The translations under genes and the position numbers were made by a program. Below are positions 10,491 to 21,218 of a stretch of 64,000 nt of DNA, piece after piece; the first letter of the stretch is position 1, and the number at the start of each line of letters is the position of its first letter. The notes under the pieces were generated by a model. That model was given only the letters and a program-made list of their open reading frames with translations. It searched no databases and was not told where the DNA came from. The stretch comes from Aulosira sp. ZfuVER01 (GTDB taxonomy: Bacteria; Cyanobacteriota; Cyanobacteriia; Cyanobacteriales; Nostocaceae), in the NCBI GenBank assembly GCA_034530615.2, contig JAVRCV020000009.1:8014-72013 (forward strand). Direction: 5' to 3'.

Positions 10491-11039
10491 TTATTTCATC
10501 CGAATTAGCAAAACCAGAGTTATCGCACTATAGCTCAAAGAATTAGCAATTAACATAGTAGATACCAAATTATTACTCATTAATTTAGCTCTGGTCATAT
10601 ACCGCCACTTTTGACGTTCAAAATTTGGCGACTCTTCCGTTTTTTTGCCGAAATCTTCATTGAGGGCAAGTGAGAATAACCTTAAGAGAAAGAATTTAAC
10701 GATGAATGTGCCAAAGAAAATTATAAAAGCAGTCAAAATAATTAAAGTTTGCGTATTAGGTAGTTTAAAACTATTGAAGAAGACAAAATTAATTAATTCT
10801 GACTTTAAATCTACTGGCAGTATTGGCTCGATCATAAAAAACACTATCCAACCGATGACGCTAGAAAAGAGATTGATCGATATGGCATAAAAAATGCTGG
10901 TTTTTTTGTCAAATTTTAATCTACTATTGAAACAGTATGCTTCTATAGAGATGGCCATAAGCAAAAATAAAAGATCGAATAAAACTGCACCCACAGGCCA
11001 AACACTGGGAAGTGTCCAATTTTCAAATAGATCAAACAT
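10491..11039 (-). CDS. fraC: Filament integrity protein FraC
   Basis: About 180 aa membrane protein with [36 protein letters not shown]; synteny. Confidence 0.88.
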   Translation of the reverse strand: MFDLFENWTLPSVWPVGAVLFDLLFLLMAISIEAYCFNSRLKFDKKTSIFYAISINLFSSVIGWIVFFMIEPILPVDLKSELINFVFFNSFKLPNTQTLIILTAFIIFFGTFIVKFFLLRLFSLALNEDFGKKTEESPNFERQKWRYMTRAKLMSNNLVSTMLIANSLSYSAITLVLLIRMK

Positions 11040-11273
11040 AAAGGTTCAACTGTAAGGGTTAACTGTAGAGAGTATAACTGCGATAGTCACTGTGATGGGG
11101 GCAATTATCTCATTGTTCTTGCCGTTTACCATCTTGGTGTGCCACTATTCTGCTACTTGTTTTATTAATACATTCTCCTGAAACTTGTACGTAAGTGCTA
11201 TGATAGCTGCTCTACCTGAGAGTACAAGAGATTCGTTAAGATTAAAAACTGCTAAATTACAGCTTTTTGAGAA

Positions 11274-12410
11274 ATGACAAGGAACGGTATCGGTATTCGC
11301 ACGGCGCAAGTGCGTTCTGAACGGCTAACTGGTCAAATTCACGTCTACGATGGTGCGGGGAAAGGAAAATCTCAAGCAGCTTTAGGGGTGGTTTTGCGCT
11401 CGATTGGCTTGGGAATAAATACACCGAGCAATTCCAACCGTGTTTTATTATTACGATTTTTAAAAGGCCCAGAACGGGATTATGATGAGGACGGAGCAAT
11501 TACTGCCTTACAGCGAGGCTTCCCCCATTTAATAGACCAGGTTCGGACTGGGAGAGCCGAGTTTTTTGGCCCCGAAGAAATCACCGCTTTTGACTGTGCT
11601 GAAGCAGCTAGGGGATGGGATGTAGCTAAAGGTGCGATCGCCTCTGGTTTGTATTCAGTTGTGGTTCTAGATGAAATTAACCCCGTTCTAGATTTAGGTT
11701 TGCTCCCAGTTGATGAAGTGGTGCGGACACTGAAGTCTAAGCCCCAAGATTTAGAAATTATTGCTACCGGACGCGCAGCACCACAAAAGCTGCTCGATAT
11801 TGCCGATTTGCATTCAGAAATGAAACCGCAACACCACCCAACAGCCAAAGCACTGTTAATTGAGGGGATTGAAATTTACACGGGTGCAGGGAAAGGCAAA
11901 TCTACCAGCGCCTTAGGTAAGGCGTTACAAGCCATAGGTAGAGGAATCAATCATCCCGGTTCTACCCGCGTAATGATTATGCAATGGCTCAAAGGTGGTA
12001 GTGGTTATACAGAAGATGCCGCGATCGCCGCCTTGCAGCAGTCATATCCTGAAGTAGTAGATCATCAACGCTGTGGTCGAGATGCGATCGTCTGGCGCAA
12101 TTCTCGGCAAGAATTAGACTACGTAGAAGCCGAGAGAGGTTGGGAAATTGCCAAGACTGCGATCGCCTCTGGATTGTATAAAACTATCATCCTAGATGAA
12201 CTCAATCCCACCGTTGACCTAGAATTACTTCCCGTTGAACCGATTGTGCAAGCATTGCTGCGCAAACCCCGCGACACCGAAGTAATTATCACCGGTCGCT
12301 GTCAAAATCAACCAACATACTTTGATTTAGCTAGCGTTCACTCGGAGGTTTATTGTCATAAGCATTATGCCAATCATGGTGTGGAGCTAAAAAGAGGAGT
12401 GGATTTTTAA
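11274..12410 (+). CDS. cobO: Cob(I)yrinic acid a,c-diamide adenosyltransferase (tandem CobO/BtuR domains)
   Basis: Two repeats of Y(D/T)GAGKGKS, LDE(I/L)NP, TGR; C-terminal KRGVDF. Confidence 0.88.
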   Translation: MTRNGIGIRTAQVRSERLTGQIHVYDGAGKGKSQAALGVVLRSIGLGINTPSNSNRVLLLRFLKGPERDYDEDGAITALQRGFPHLIDQVRTGRAEFFGPEEITAFDCAEAARGWDVAKGAIASGLYSVVVLDEINPVLDLGLLPVDEVVRTLKSKPQDLEIIATGRAAPQKLLDIADLHSEMKPQHHPTAKALLIEGIEIYTGAGKGKSTSALGKALQAIGRGINHPGSTRVMIMQWLKGGSGYTEDAAIAALQQSYPEVVDHQRCGRDAIVWRNSRQELDYVEAERGWEIAKTAIASGLYKTIILDELNPTVDLELLPVEPIVQALLRKPRDTEVIITGRCQNQPTYFDLASVHSEVYCHKHYANHGVELKRGVDF

Positions 12411-12438
12411 ATTAGTCAAGGTCAAGCAGCAAAGCTGC

Positions 12439-12722
12439 AATTCGTAATTGATAATTCGTAATTCGTAATTAATACCCCATAGCGAAACGGGGGGCTTGGA
12501 TAGTGATGCTACGCATTTCTAAATTCTCCATAACTGAAGTTAGGGAGCCAGTGCGGTCTTGGGGGTTCCCCTCATAAGAAACTGGCGTGGCTTGAAACCC
12601 GAATTAATTATTAATTTCGTTCGTAATTACGAATTACGAACTACGAATTACGAATTATTTGGTCATTTGTCCTCCTTGTCCCCTCGTCCCCCTTCCCATG
12701 CCCTATGCCCAATTCCCTAATC
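12439..12722. repeat. Heptamer STRR arrays (attcgta / tacgaat as inverted arms; tgccc-type) enclosing a small dispersed repeat
   Basis: attcgta repeats at 12440-12470 and tacgaat repeats at 12622-12657; gagccagtgcggtcttgggggttcccc...ctggcgt element at 12545-12588. Confidence 0.75.
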
Positions 12723-12856
12723 CATATTTTCAACTAGACCATTGGTAGCAATTCAATTGTATTGTTTTAATACAAATTAATAAGTAATTTCTCTAAAGCC
12801 TTTTAACCATTTTTTCAATTAGTTTTTATTATCCACCTAGAAAAAATGGTGAAAAC

Positions 12857-13474
12857 GTGCTGTACCGTAATTTACTTACATTACCAGTTGTTCTAGCTGT
12901 TTTGGGCAGTACACTTCCTGCTACTGCCTTACCCTCTGAGATTTTTACTTCCCAATTGCCAGAAATTCAGCAAAACCTACCACTTGGGTATGGAATGCGC
13001 TTACCTGAGCAAATTCGTTTAGGTAACGGTAGCGATACCTACGGCGGTAAACTAGGCGATTTGCTGAGTAAACTGATTGTGCAGCTTTTTCCTAGTACTA
13101 CACCTCGTGGTCTAACTTTAGGCTTGTTTAGTTGTGAAAATACGGCAAAATGTTTAGTAGGCACTTTTAGCGTGTATAGCCCTGATGCCGTTAGTGTAGT
13201 AGGGGATTTTGCCAAACACAAAACTACAGGTAATGTCATTTCTTTATCAAAAGATATCCAGGGATATTTTTTGGATGGAAATATGCAAAACCCACAACAA
13301 CCTTTTTCTTCGCTAATGTGGCGACAGGATGGATTAGTTCACACAATATCTTTTCCGGCTCAAGAAAGGCAGAATATTCTGTTGATGGGTTACTCAATGG
13401 TGCATCAACCACCTATTCGCCATACCTACGCAAAATTAAAAAGGCCAGAGCCGATATTCTCATTGGTTAAATGA
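12857..13474 (+). CDS. Hypothetical exported protein
   Basis: 205-aa ORF with a signal-peptide-like N-terminus ending ATA/LP. Confidence 0.7.
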   Translation: MLYRNLLTLPVVLAVLGSTLPATALPSEIFTSQLPEIQQNLPLGYGMRLPEQIRLGNGSDTYGGKLGDLLSKLIVQLFPSTTPRGLTLGLFSCENTAKCLVGTFSVYSPDAVSVVGDFAKHKTTGNVISLSKDIQGYFLDGNMQNPQQPFSSLMWRQDGLVHTISFPAQERQNILLMGYSMVHQPPIRHTYAKLKRPEPIFSLVK

Positions 13475-13570
13475 GTTAGTTTGACCATTAAGTATATTCT
13501 ATGGGCTGAGAGCAAGAGGCAAAAATAGTTTAGGCTGAGTGTATACACCTATTTTCTAAAAAGGTGCAAA

Positions 13571-13681
13571 ATGCCAGAACCTCAGAAAAACACTTTAAAA
13601 ATTGATCCAGGAACACTAGTTTTGATTGTCTCCGTCCTCATCCTTTTGCCTCTGATATTAGCTGGGTTTTTATCACAATAA
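13571..13681 (+). CDS. Small (36 aa) single-TM protein, not in the ORF track
   Basis: MPEPQKNTLKIDPGTLVLIVSVLILLPLILAGFLSQ; AAGGTG RBS-like sequence upstream. Confidence 0.6.
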   Translation: MPEPQKNTLKIDPGTLVLIVSVLILLPLILAGFLSQ

Positions 13682-14073
13682 GCTATGAAAAAACGAGGAT
13701 TACTGAGACTTACTATTTAGTGAAATCTCCTACAATCACTCTTGAGCAGGGGTGTAGGCTTCCCAGATTAATAAAGTAAGCAAGCTCTGCCAAATACTAA
13801 TGAGCTTGCTAGCTAAAAATACCCAAATAATCATCCATAAATTTTAATCTTCAATCCTCACAATTTACTAGACAAAATATTCTCCTACTGCTTCTACTGA
13901 TGAGCATATACCTGTAGTTATGTCTTAGAGATAAATGATTCACTCTAAGGAGACATGAATCTCACTTAGTTAAATAGCTAACTTTAAAAAAGATTATTTG
14001 GCATAAGAAGCCAATCAAGGTTTCTACTGGCTAAAAACGTCAAAGGCTTTAGTTAGTTATAAGGAGTACTAAA

Positions 14074-14427
14074 ATGTCAGACACAAGTAAGCGTGGCTTT
14101 GCTTCTATGGATGAAGATAAGCAGCGTGAAATTGCCAGCAAGGGCGGACACGCTGCTCATGAAAAAGGCACTGCTCACGAGTTCACACCAGAAGAAGCTC
14201 GTGAAGCTGGACGTAAGGGTGGTGAAACTGTTAGCCAAGATAGAGAACACATGGCTGAGATTGGCAGTAAAGGTGGCAAGAGTTCCCACAAAGGCGGCAG
14301 CAGCCAAGACGACGATAACGAAGATAACGAAAACGAAGGGAAGGAAGGAAAGCAAGGAAAGGGCACTCGTGGTGGCACATCTGAGCAACATTCTAAGGCT
14401 GGCAAACAAAGCCACAAAAACAAATAG
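14074..14427 (+). CDS. KGG-repeat stress-induced protein (GsiB/YciG-like)
   Basis: RGFASMDEDKQREIASKGG, EAREAGRKGG, HMAEIGSKGG; AAGGAG RBS. Confidence 0.9.
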   Translation: MSDTSKRGFASMDEDKQREIASKGGHAAHEKGTAHEFTPEEAREAGRKGGETVSQDREHMAEIGSKGGKSSHKGGSSQDDDNEDNENEGKEGKQGKGTRGGTSEQHSKAGKQSHKNK

Positions 14428-14528
14428 GCTGATTGAGTAATTCAACCAAAAGTTTGGGTTGATATTTAAATCTCAGCGGCCTCATAACTACAGTAGGGTG
14501 CATTATCGCGAGTTAATCTTGCCAAAAA

Positions 14529-14574
14529 GCCGTTTGACAGTACTTTCTTCTGGGAAAGTAAGGTCAAACGGCTT
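14529..14574. terminator. Long hairpin between convergent genes
   Basis: agccgtttgac...gtcaaacggct inverted repeat. Confidence 0.6.
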
Positions 14575-14644
14575 AATTTATCGCTATTTTTAATTGCTGA
14601 GAATACAGGAGCCAGTTGCGTCGCTGTAGTATATCTATGTTGTT

Positions 14645-15793
14645 TTACTTAGGTAAAACCTGCCGCAGTGCTTCTAAAAGTTGGTCAACACTTTCTTTAC
14701 GGCTATTGAAGCCCATAAGTCCTACGCGCCAGACTTTACCAGCCAATTCACCAAGGCCACCACCAATTTCAATGTTATGTTCATTGAGTAACTGTCGGGC
14801 AATTGCCTTGCCATCTACTCCTTCGGGAATTCGGACTGTAGTAAGTGTTGGTAAGCGGAACTCTCGTTCAACGTGCAAACTTAGCCCTAAATCTTCCAAG
14901 CCATCCCAAAGATACTCTACGTTCTTTTGATGACGTTGCCAGCAGTTTGCCAGTCCCTCCTCGGCAACTAAACGTAGAGCTTCCCGCAGGGCATAGTAGA
15001 GATTAATAGGAGCCGTATGGTGATAGATGCGTTCACTACCCCAATATTTACCTAGTAAGTTCATATCCAAATACCAGTTAGCAACCTTGGTGCGGCGCTG
15101 TTGCAATTTCTCCATTGCACGGGGACTCATGGTAAAAGGTGAAGCACCAGGTGAACAACCCAACCCTTTTTGGCTACAGCTATAGGCGAGGTCAACTCCC
15201 CAATTATCTAAAAATATCGGCACACCACCAAGACTGGTGACTGTGTCCACTAGTAGCAGAGTGCCAAATTCACGACATACATCGGCAACTCCCTCTAACG
15301 GTTGACGTGCGCCAGTGGAGGTTTCAGCATGAACTAAAGCGAGGATTGCTGGACGATGAGTTTCTATTGCAGTGCGGAGTTCATCTAGTGTAAAGACTTG
15401 TCCCCAAGGTTTGGTAATAGTACGGACATCGGCGCCATATCGTCCAGCCATATCAACGAGGCGATTACCAAAGTATCCAGCGACACCAACTAAAACTACA
15501 TCACCGGGTTCGGTAACATTGGCAATAGTTGCTTCCATTGCTGCGGTTCCTGTACCGCTGACGGCAATTGTCAGGGGGTTTTCTGTCTGCCATACGTAAC
15601 GCAATAAGGATTGAATTTCATCCATAAGTGCCAGAAAAGCTGGGTCAAGATGCCCAACTGGAGACGTATTCATCGCTTGTAGCACCGCTGGATGGGCATT
15701 GGATGGGCCTGGCCCCAGGAGTAACCGGGATGGTATTTCTAAAGGTGCTAGTTGCAACCTCTGACTATCGTTGATTGAGACTGTTGGCGTCAT
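14645..15793 (-). CDS. Alanine--glyoxylate / serine--pyruvate aminotransferase (class V PLP enzyme)
   Basis: LLLGPGPS, VHAETSTG, DTVTSLGG, SCSQKGL (PLP lysine), YHHTAP. Confidence 0.93.
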   Translation of the reverse strand: MTPTVSINDSQRLQLAPLEIPSRLLLGPGPSNAHPAVLQAMNTSPVGHLDPAFLALMDEIQSLLRYVWQTENPLTIAVSGTGTAAMEATIANVTEPGDVVLVGVAGYFGNRLVDMAGRYGADVRTITKPWGQVFTLDELRTAIETHRPAILALVHAETSTGARQPLEGVADVCREFGTLLLVDTVTSLGGVPIFLDNWGVDLAYSCSQKGLGCSPGASPFTMSPRAMEKLQQRRTKVANWYLDMNLLGKYWGSERIYHHTAPINLYYALREALRLVAEEGLANCWQRHQKNVEYLWDGLEDLGLSLHVEREFRLPTLTTVRIPEGVDGKAIARQLLNEHNIEIGGGLGELAGKVWRVGLMGFNSRKESVDQLLEALRQVLPK

Positions 15794-15932
15794 AATTTGT
15801 TCTCGGAATATACGGTTCTTACCGGATCATAGAGCGATCGCATCACCGTTGTTTGATTTTGTTTGTCTTGTTGGTACTAGGCGCTCTGATAGAGTGAAAT
15901 ACAGTTTCACCAAAATATTTGCAGATAAAATT

Positions 15933-16328
15933 ATGATTTTTGCAGGCAAACGACCAAATAATTTAGGGGTGAAAAACGGAAAGTTAGCGCCCTGTCCCAG
16001 TAGCCCTAACTGTGTTTCCAGCCAGTGTACAGATGCAGTTCACCAAATTGTTCCACTGAGTTTCACATCGACTCCAGAACAGGCGATCGCTAATCTTAAA
16101 AGTATCATTCAGTCTTTACCTAGAACTCAGATAATTAGCGAAAGCCCTGATTACTTGTATGCAGAATTTAAGAGCGCCTTATTAGGTTTTGTGGATGATG
16201 TCGAGTTTTATGTAGACCGGAATGCAAATGTTATCCAGGTACGTTCAGCTTCTCGCCTGGGTCAAAGCGATTTAGGTGTCAATCGTCAACGCATAGAAAC
16301 TATTCGCGCCAAGTTCAACCAAGTTTAG
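15933..16328 (+). CDS. DUF1499 domain protein
   Basis: LAPCPSSPNCVSSQ, GFVDDVEF, RSASRLGQSDLGVNRQR; start reassigned to ATG 15933. Confidence 0.88.
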   Translation: MIFAGKRPNNLGVKNGKLAPCPSSPNCVSSQCTDAVHQIVPLSFTSTPEQAIANLKSIIQSLPRTQIISESPDYLYAEFKSALLGFVDDVEFYVDRNANVIQVRSASRLGQSDLGVNRQRIETIRAKFNQV

Positions 16329-16741
16329 TCATACCAGCCAGATTTTCAAAGGGTTTTTCAGCACAGTATCTATTGCTGAATTTTGAATAATTGCGATAAA
16401 TTTCCATTCTCAATCAATTCCCACGGCTAGAAGCACGTGGGTTTACTATTTGCCAGATGTCTAGATATTTCCTCTTCTTTTAATCTCAATCCTCATAATT
16501 TCCTTAGCTTTTATACATATTATTAATCTCAGGTAACTAGTAATTCATCATCATGACTTTAGTCATGTATTTTTAAGCACTTTTGATTGAGTATCGTTTT
16601 TACAAGTATTAGAAATATCAGGATTTTCACGGTTGTTAGCTTAATTTAATGAAACTTAATATGCTTATGGGTGATGATCTAGCTTAGATAATTAAGACTA
16701 AATTTTTCAAGAATAGGCTGACGTTATAGAGGGAAAGAAGG

Positions 16742-17938
16742 ATGAGTAATCCCAAATTTTTACTAGAGTTTAATAAAATTCTGCATGAATTCAGTAAGTG
16801 TACACAAATACAATTAAATGGCAATCTAAATATTAAGAGTTCGCAAGGAAGACATTGGACTTTTTATTATCATTTAGGACAGATTGTTTGGGCAGCAGGA
16901 GGAACTCATACTTATAGAAGGTTGCGTAGATGTATAGCGCAAACTACTCCACAAATTGATATTAATAATATCCAGTTAGATTTCAAGGAACTATCAAAAG
17001 ATTATAGGGATTATCAAATACTGGAAATTTTGTATAAAAAGCAAGTACTTAAACAAGAGCAAATTAACGCTATTGTGGAAAAGACTGTAGCGGAACTTTT
17101 ATTTGATATAGTTCAACGATTAAATAGCGAGTTTTTGAGTTGCGATCGCCATCAACAAGTAATCTTAGAAGTACCAATTAGTTCCATAAACGCACAGATA
17201 TCTTTAAAGCAGATGCAAGATTCTTGGAACAATTGGTCAAAAGCTGGGTTAGCGAGTATATCTCCTAACTTAGCGCCTGTATTGCGGAGACCACAGGAAC
17301 TGCAAAAGCAAGTAAGCTCATCTGTTTACAACAACGTTGTCAATTTAATCAATGGCAAACATACACTTTGGGATTTAGCTGTCAAAATGAATCAGAGTGT
17401 ATTGCCTGTCACCCGTTCTTTGCTTCCCTATATTAATCAAGGAATTACAGAACTTGTAGAAGTACCTGACTTATCTTTACCAGTCAAAAACAACTCTACT
17501 GTTCCTCAAGCAAAAGCATCAACTATTCCCCTCATCGCTTGTGTAGATGATAGTCCACAAGTCTGTAAAATGTTGGAACAGATTATCACCGCTAATGGTC
17601 TGAGATTTCTGGCAATTCAAGATCCATTGCAAGCTCTACCAATTTTGATACAAAATAAACCAGACTTGATTTTTTTAGATTTAATTATGCCAGTTGTGAA
17701 TGGTTATGAAGTCTGCACACATTTACGCCGAAGTTCACTTTTAAGCAAAACACCAGTGGTAATTTTGACAGGTAGCGATGGGCTATTCGATCAAGTTCGG
17801 TCTAAGGTATTTGGTGCTACGGAATTTCTTACCAAACCAGTAGTCCCCGATCAGGTAATGGAGATGGTAAACAAGCATATATTTACCAAAACTGCATCAA
17901 AAGTAAATCATCAATCTAATTTAGCAATTAGTTATTAA
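16742..17938 (+). CDS. PatA-family response regulator (PATAN/DUF4388 plus C-terminal receiver)
   Basis: N-terminal G.L.I..W.FYYHLGQIVWAAGG..RRLRR; receiver with CVDDS, FLDLIMP, LTKP. Confidence 0.88.
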   Translation: MSNPKFLLEFNKILHEFSKCTQIQLNGNLNIKSSQGRHWTFYYHLGQIVWAAGGTHTYRRLRRCIAQTTPQIDINNIQLDFKELSKDYRDYQILEILYKKQVLKQEQINAIVEKTVAELLFDIVQRLNSEFLSCDRHQQVILEVPISSINAQISLKQMQDSWNNWSKAGLASISPNLAPVLRRPQELQKQVSSSVYNNVVNLINGKHTLWDLAVKMNQSVLPVTRSLLPYINQGITELVEVPDLSLPVKNNSTVPQAKASTIPLIACVDDSPQVCKMLEQIITANGLRFLAIQDPLQALPILIQNKPDLIFLDLIMPVVNGYEVCTHLRRSSLLSKTPVVILTGSDGLFDQVRSKVFGATEFLTKPVVPDQVMEMVNKHIFTKTASKVNHQSNLAISY

Positions 17939-17971
17939 AGTGAGGACTTAAGTCCTCACTACAATAGTTTT

Positions 17972-18763
17972 TTATTTAGATTCATGAGCAGAATAAGATA
18001 ACAGAGGTAAACCATCCTGGAAGACTAGAAGTTCTCCAGGTTGGATTATCGTCCAAACTTCATTGTCTGTGAGGGGAGTAGTTGCGATCACAGCGACGCG
18101 ATCGCTTTGTGAAGTCAATTCCCGAAAATCTACAGTCATATCTTGATCGAGCAAGTGAGCTGCCGCAAACGGGGCTTGACGTACAATGTAGCTGAGTTTA
18201 GTAGAACAATAGGCAAAAAAGTGTTCCCCATCCGATAGCAGGTAATTAAACACGCCTAATAATGCCAGCCGATCGGTAACTTGACGCAGTACTGGGTACA
18301 GTTTCTCTAGCGGTGGCTTACCCTGAGGAAAGCTTTGTCGTAGAGTTTCTAAGATGACACAAAATGCTTTTTCACTGTCTGTGTCACCTACGGCTTGGTA
18401 AAAGCCCATATTTTCAGGTGCAAAATCTGGCAAATTACCGTTATGGGCAAAAACCCAATACCTTCCCCAAAGTTCCCTTTGAAAAGGATGACAGTTTTGT
18501 AAAGCAACTTTACCTTGGGTAGCTTTGCGAATATGGGCAATCACATGTTTAGAGTGGATGGGATAGCGTCTTACCAAATCTGCTACCGGAGAAGTAACAG
18601 AGGGTTTCTCATCGATAAAAATCCGACATCCTTTTTCTTCAAAGAAAGCAATACCCCAGCCATCGCTATGATCGTCAGTTTTTCCTCCCCTGGCAGAAAA
18701 ACCTTCAAAAGAAAAGCAGATATCTGTTGGGGTATTGCAGTTCATTCCCAGCAGTTGACACAT
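17972..18763 (-). CDS. Class II glutamine amidotransferase (YafJ-like)
   Basis: MCQLLGM N-terminal Cys, DGWG, HIRKAT, NCHPF, HNG, GDTDSE. Confidence 0.92.
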   Translation of the reverse strand: MCQLLGMNCNTPTDICFSFEGFSARGGKTDDHSDGWGIAFFEEKGCRIFIDEKPSVTSPVADLVRRYPIHSKHVIAHIRKATQGKVALQNCHPFQRELWGRYWVFAHNGNLPDFAPENMGFYQAVGDTDSEKAFCVILETLRQSFPQGKPPLEKLYPVLRQVTDRLALLGVFNYLLSDGEHFFAYCSTKLSYIVRQAPFAAAHLLDQDMTVDFRELTSQSDRVAVIATTPLTDNEVWTIIQPGELLVFQDGLPLLSYSAHESK

Positions 18764-18975
18764 CTTAAAAACCTGAGGTTTATCTCTGGGATTACAATAC
18801 TTCAGATCGCTGCAAAAGTTCTGGTGCGATCGCTTCAATCTTGGGATTTCTATTAGCTGCTGTTACCCAAAGGAAAAGAGTAAATAAAGTTTTCGTGAAG
18901 ACACGTAAGTAACGACCTTATTAAGAGTAAATAAGGCTACAATTTCGTAGTCAAAGTTGAAGAAAGGATTTATAC

Positions 18976-19191
18976 ATGAATCACGGAGTAGAAAAAGTGC
19001 TCGCGCTGCTTCTTTCCCTATTTGGCGGAGGGCAACCTCAAAAGCAACCACAATCACCTAAAACACCAGTACCACAGACTCAAAAACAACCCCAACCAGT
19101 ACCAGAACCTACGACTATTTTGGGAAGTGCGATCGCTCTGGGTGGATTCGCATATTTAAAGAAAAAGAAAAACATGAAGCTGACTAAATAA
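18976..19191 (+). CDS. Minimal PEP-CTERM sorting-signal protein
   Basis: VPEPTTILG followed by a TM helix and KKKK; P/Q-rich linker. Confidence 0.8.
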   Translation: MNHGVEKVLALLLSLFGGGQPQKQPQSPKTPVPQTQKQPQPVPEPTTILGSAIALGGFAYLKKKKNMKLTK

Positions 19192-19218
19192 GGATTTTCA
19201 CGGTGCAACTACCAAAAT

Positions 19219-19251
19219 AAACCCCTGAACTATAACCTGTTCGGGGGTTTT
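19219..19251. terminator. Bidirectional intrinsic terminator
   Basis: aaacccctgaac...gttcgggggtttt between convergent genes. Confidence 0.7.
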
Positions 19252-19289
19252 AGTTTGTGTCAGTTAATAGACAAAAACTTCGTCTCAAT

Positions 19290-21218
19290 CTATGATTCTC
19301 TTCCTGATGTCCAGGTATCACGCCACTTAACTGTGCCTTCTTTAGCAATCACCCAACGGCGGGGTACAGTATTCTCCCGCAGAGGTGATTGTCCTTCCCG
19401 CCACATGGCATATTTGTAACTAATTAACTTGCCAGTACTCTCGTTAAAAGGAATCTCCGCAAACCAGGTATTGGTGTTAATGTACTCTAGGGGATAGGCT
19501 TTGCTGATATCCCAGTTACCCAACTCTAGACAGTCTCCGGTGACAACGATGGTTTCACCTGGTTGAGTTTGGACGCCATTTAATTGCACGCGCACAATCG
19601 TCTGTGCTTTAATTCTCTCGCCAACGTGGCTAAAAACAATCACTCCCCGTTCCTCTAATACCAAATTTTGAATCTTGCCATCTTTGACTTCATACTTGTT
19701 ACGAGTCACTACACAGGTATGTTCGCCATCGGGTAGTTCTGTTTCTACTTCTTCTAGAGTGACTTCTCCGCCACGATTCAAGGCAACAAAACATAAAGAA
19801 TCACGATAGCGGCGCACGTAGCAATAAACATCTTCTGTTAAGTACTTTTGCCAATGGCTACCCATTGATATGGCAGGATTTAATCGCCGCAAACCAGATA
19901 GCAGCCTAACGTAACGATAAATCTCCGTATCGGTATCCCATTTTTCCATCATTGGACGATTGTAAGGATCGTTACCGCCATCTGTATCATTGTGCAGATA
20001 TTGTTCTGTGCCGTAATAGATACAGGGAATACCACGACAAGTCATAATTAGAGCGATCGCCACCTTCAACATCGCTGGATCGGGGTTCAGCGATTGGAAG
20101 CGAGACATATCATGGTTATCGATAAAAGTAATTAATTCTGTTGCCCCATTGTAGCGATGGTCTTGGTCAAAGATATATTGAATTGTATGAAATCCGTTTT
20201 CTGAACCCTGTGCTAGTGCAGCTCTAATCGCCACACACAACCCAAAGTCTAACATTGTCATCCCTGAGTTGTTGGCAAATTCCACAGAGCGATCGTCACT
20301 GGGACTACTATAAATCCATTCGCCAAAAATGAATACATCTGGCTTGTGATTGCACATATCACCAGTAAATTCTTGCCAAAACCAAATTGGCATATGCTTG
20401 ACAGTATCTACCCGCAGTGCATCTACACCTCTATCTAGCCATTGTTTAATTGCTGACTTGATGTATTCGCGGTATTCGCTATTATTTTCATTGAATGTTG
20501 CCAAACCAGCTAATTCACAATTCTGTACTTGCCAATCGTCTTCCCAGTTTTGCACTTCACCGTAGTGATGATACCAATGATTTACATCATCATTGAAGTC
20601 GGCAATTTTCACACCATCATCATACAATTCACCTTTGCTACCACTGGTATCTGGCGTGCTATGGTTGCAAACAATATCTAGTACGAGTTTCATGTTGCGC
20701 TTGTGCATTTCTGCAATCAAGCGGTCAAAAGTTGTATCTTTGGTTTCTTGAGTTGCGTTTAAAGAAGGGTTTTCTCCTTGAGCAATGAAGCGAGGATTTA
20801 TTCGCTTAAAGTCTTTTGTCCAATAGCCATGTATAGCAGCATTACCCACAAATAACTCTTCAACTTGCTCAAACAAAGGAGTTAGCCAAATAGCTGTGAC
20901 TCCCATATTTTTCAAATAATCTAATTTATCGATAACACCTTGCAAGTCACCACCCCAGTACTTACCCCAATCTTTACCAGTAGGATCGTACAGTTCTGAG
21001 TTAATACCTTCGCTATTATCCAGATCGCCATCATGAAAGCGATCGACCACGATAAAGTAAATGGTTTCTTGACGAAATTCAATATCTCTGGTGTAGAGGA
21101 ATTCTAAGTCAATCTCAGTCTCGGTTGGAGATGATTGGATGATATTTTCTACTTCTTCACTGGCTGCTTCAACCTTGTATTGCTCTGGAGAGAATTGAGA
21201 AGGGGGAGTATTTACCAT
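19290..21218 (-). CDS. GH13 alpha-amylase / cyclomaltodextrin glucanotransferase-like protein with C-terminal CBM20
   Basis: GGDLQGVIDKLDYL, HGYW, RVDTVKH, GEW, FIDNHD; CBM20 GETIVVTG..ELGNWD. Confidence 0.9.
   Translation of the reverse strand: MVNTPPSQFSPEQYKVEAASEEVENIIQSSPTETEIDLEFLYTRDIEFRQETIYFIVVDRFHDGDLDNSEGINSELYDPTGKDWGKYWGGDLQGVIDKLDYLKNMGVTAIWLTPLFEQVEELFVGNAAIHGYWTKDFKRINPRFIAQGENPSLNATQETKDTTFDRLIAEMHKRNMKLVLDIVCNHSTPDTSGSKGELYDDGVKIADFNDDVNHWYHHYGEVQNWEDDWQVQNCELAGLATFNENNSEYREYIKSAIKQWLDRGVDALRVDTVKHMPIWFWQEFTGDMCNHKPDVFIFGEWIYSSPSDDRSVEFANNSGMTMLDFGLCVAIRAALAQGSENGFHTIQYIFDQDHRYNGATELITFIDNHDMSRFQSLNPDPAMLKVAIALIMTCRGIPCIYYGTEQYLHNDTDGGNDPYNRPMMEKWDTDTEIYRYVRLLSGLRRLNPAISMGSHWQKYLTEDVYCYVRRYRDSLCFVALNRGGEVTLEEVETELPDGEHTCVVTRNKYEVKDGKIQNLVLEERGVIVFSHVGERIKAQTIVRVQLNGVQTQPGETIVVTGDCLELGNWDISKAYPLEYINTNTWFAEIPFNESTGKLISYKYAMWREGQSPLRENTVPRRWVIAKEGTVKWRDTWTSGRES

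Noticed and set aside
14077..14445. Several overlapping ORFs on the KGG gene
   Set aside because: Shadow frames of a low-complexity gene.
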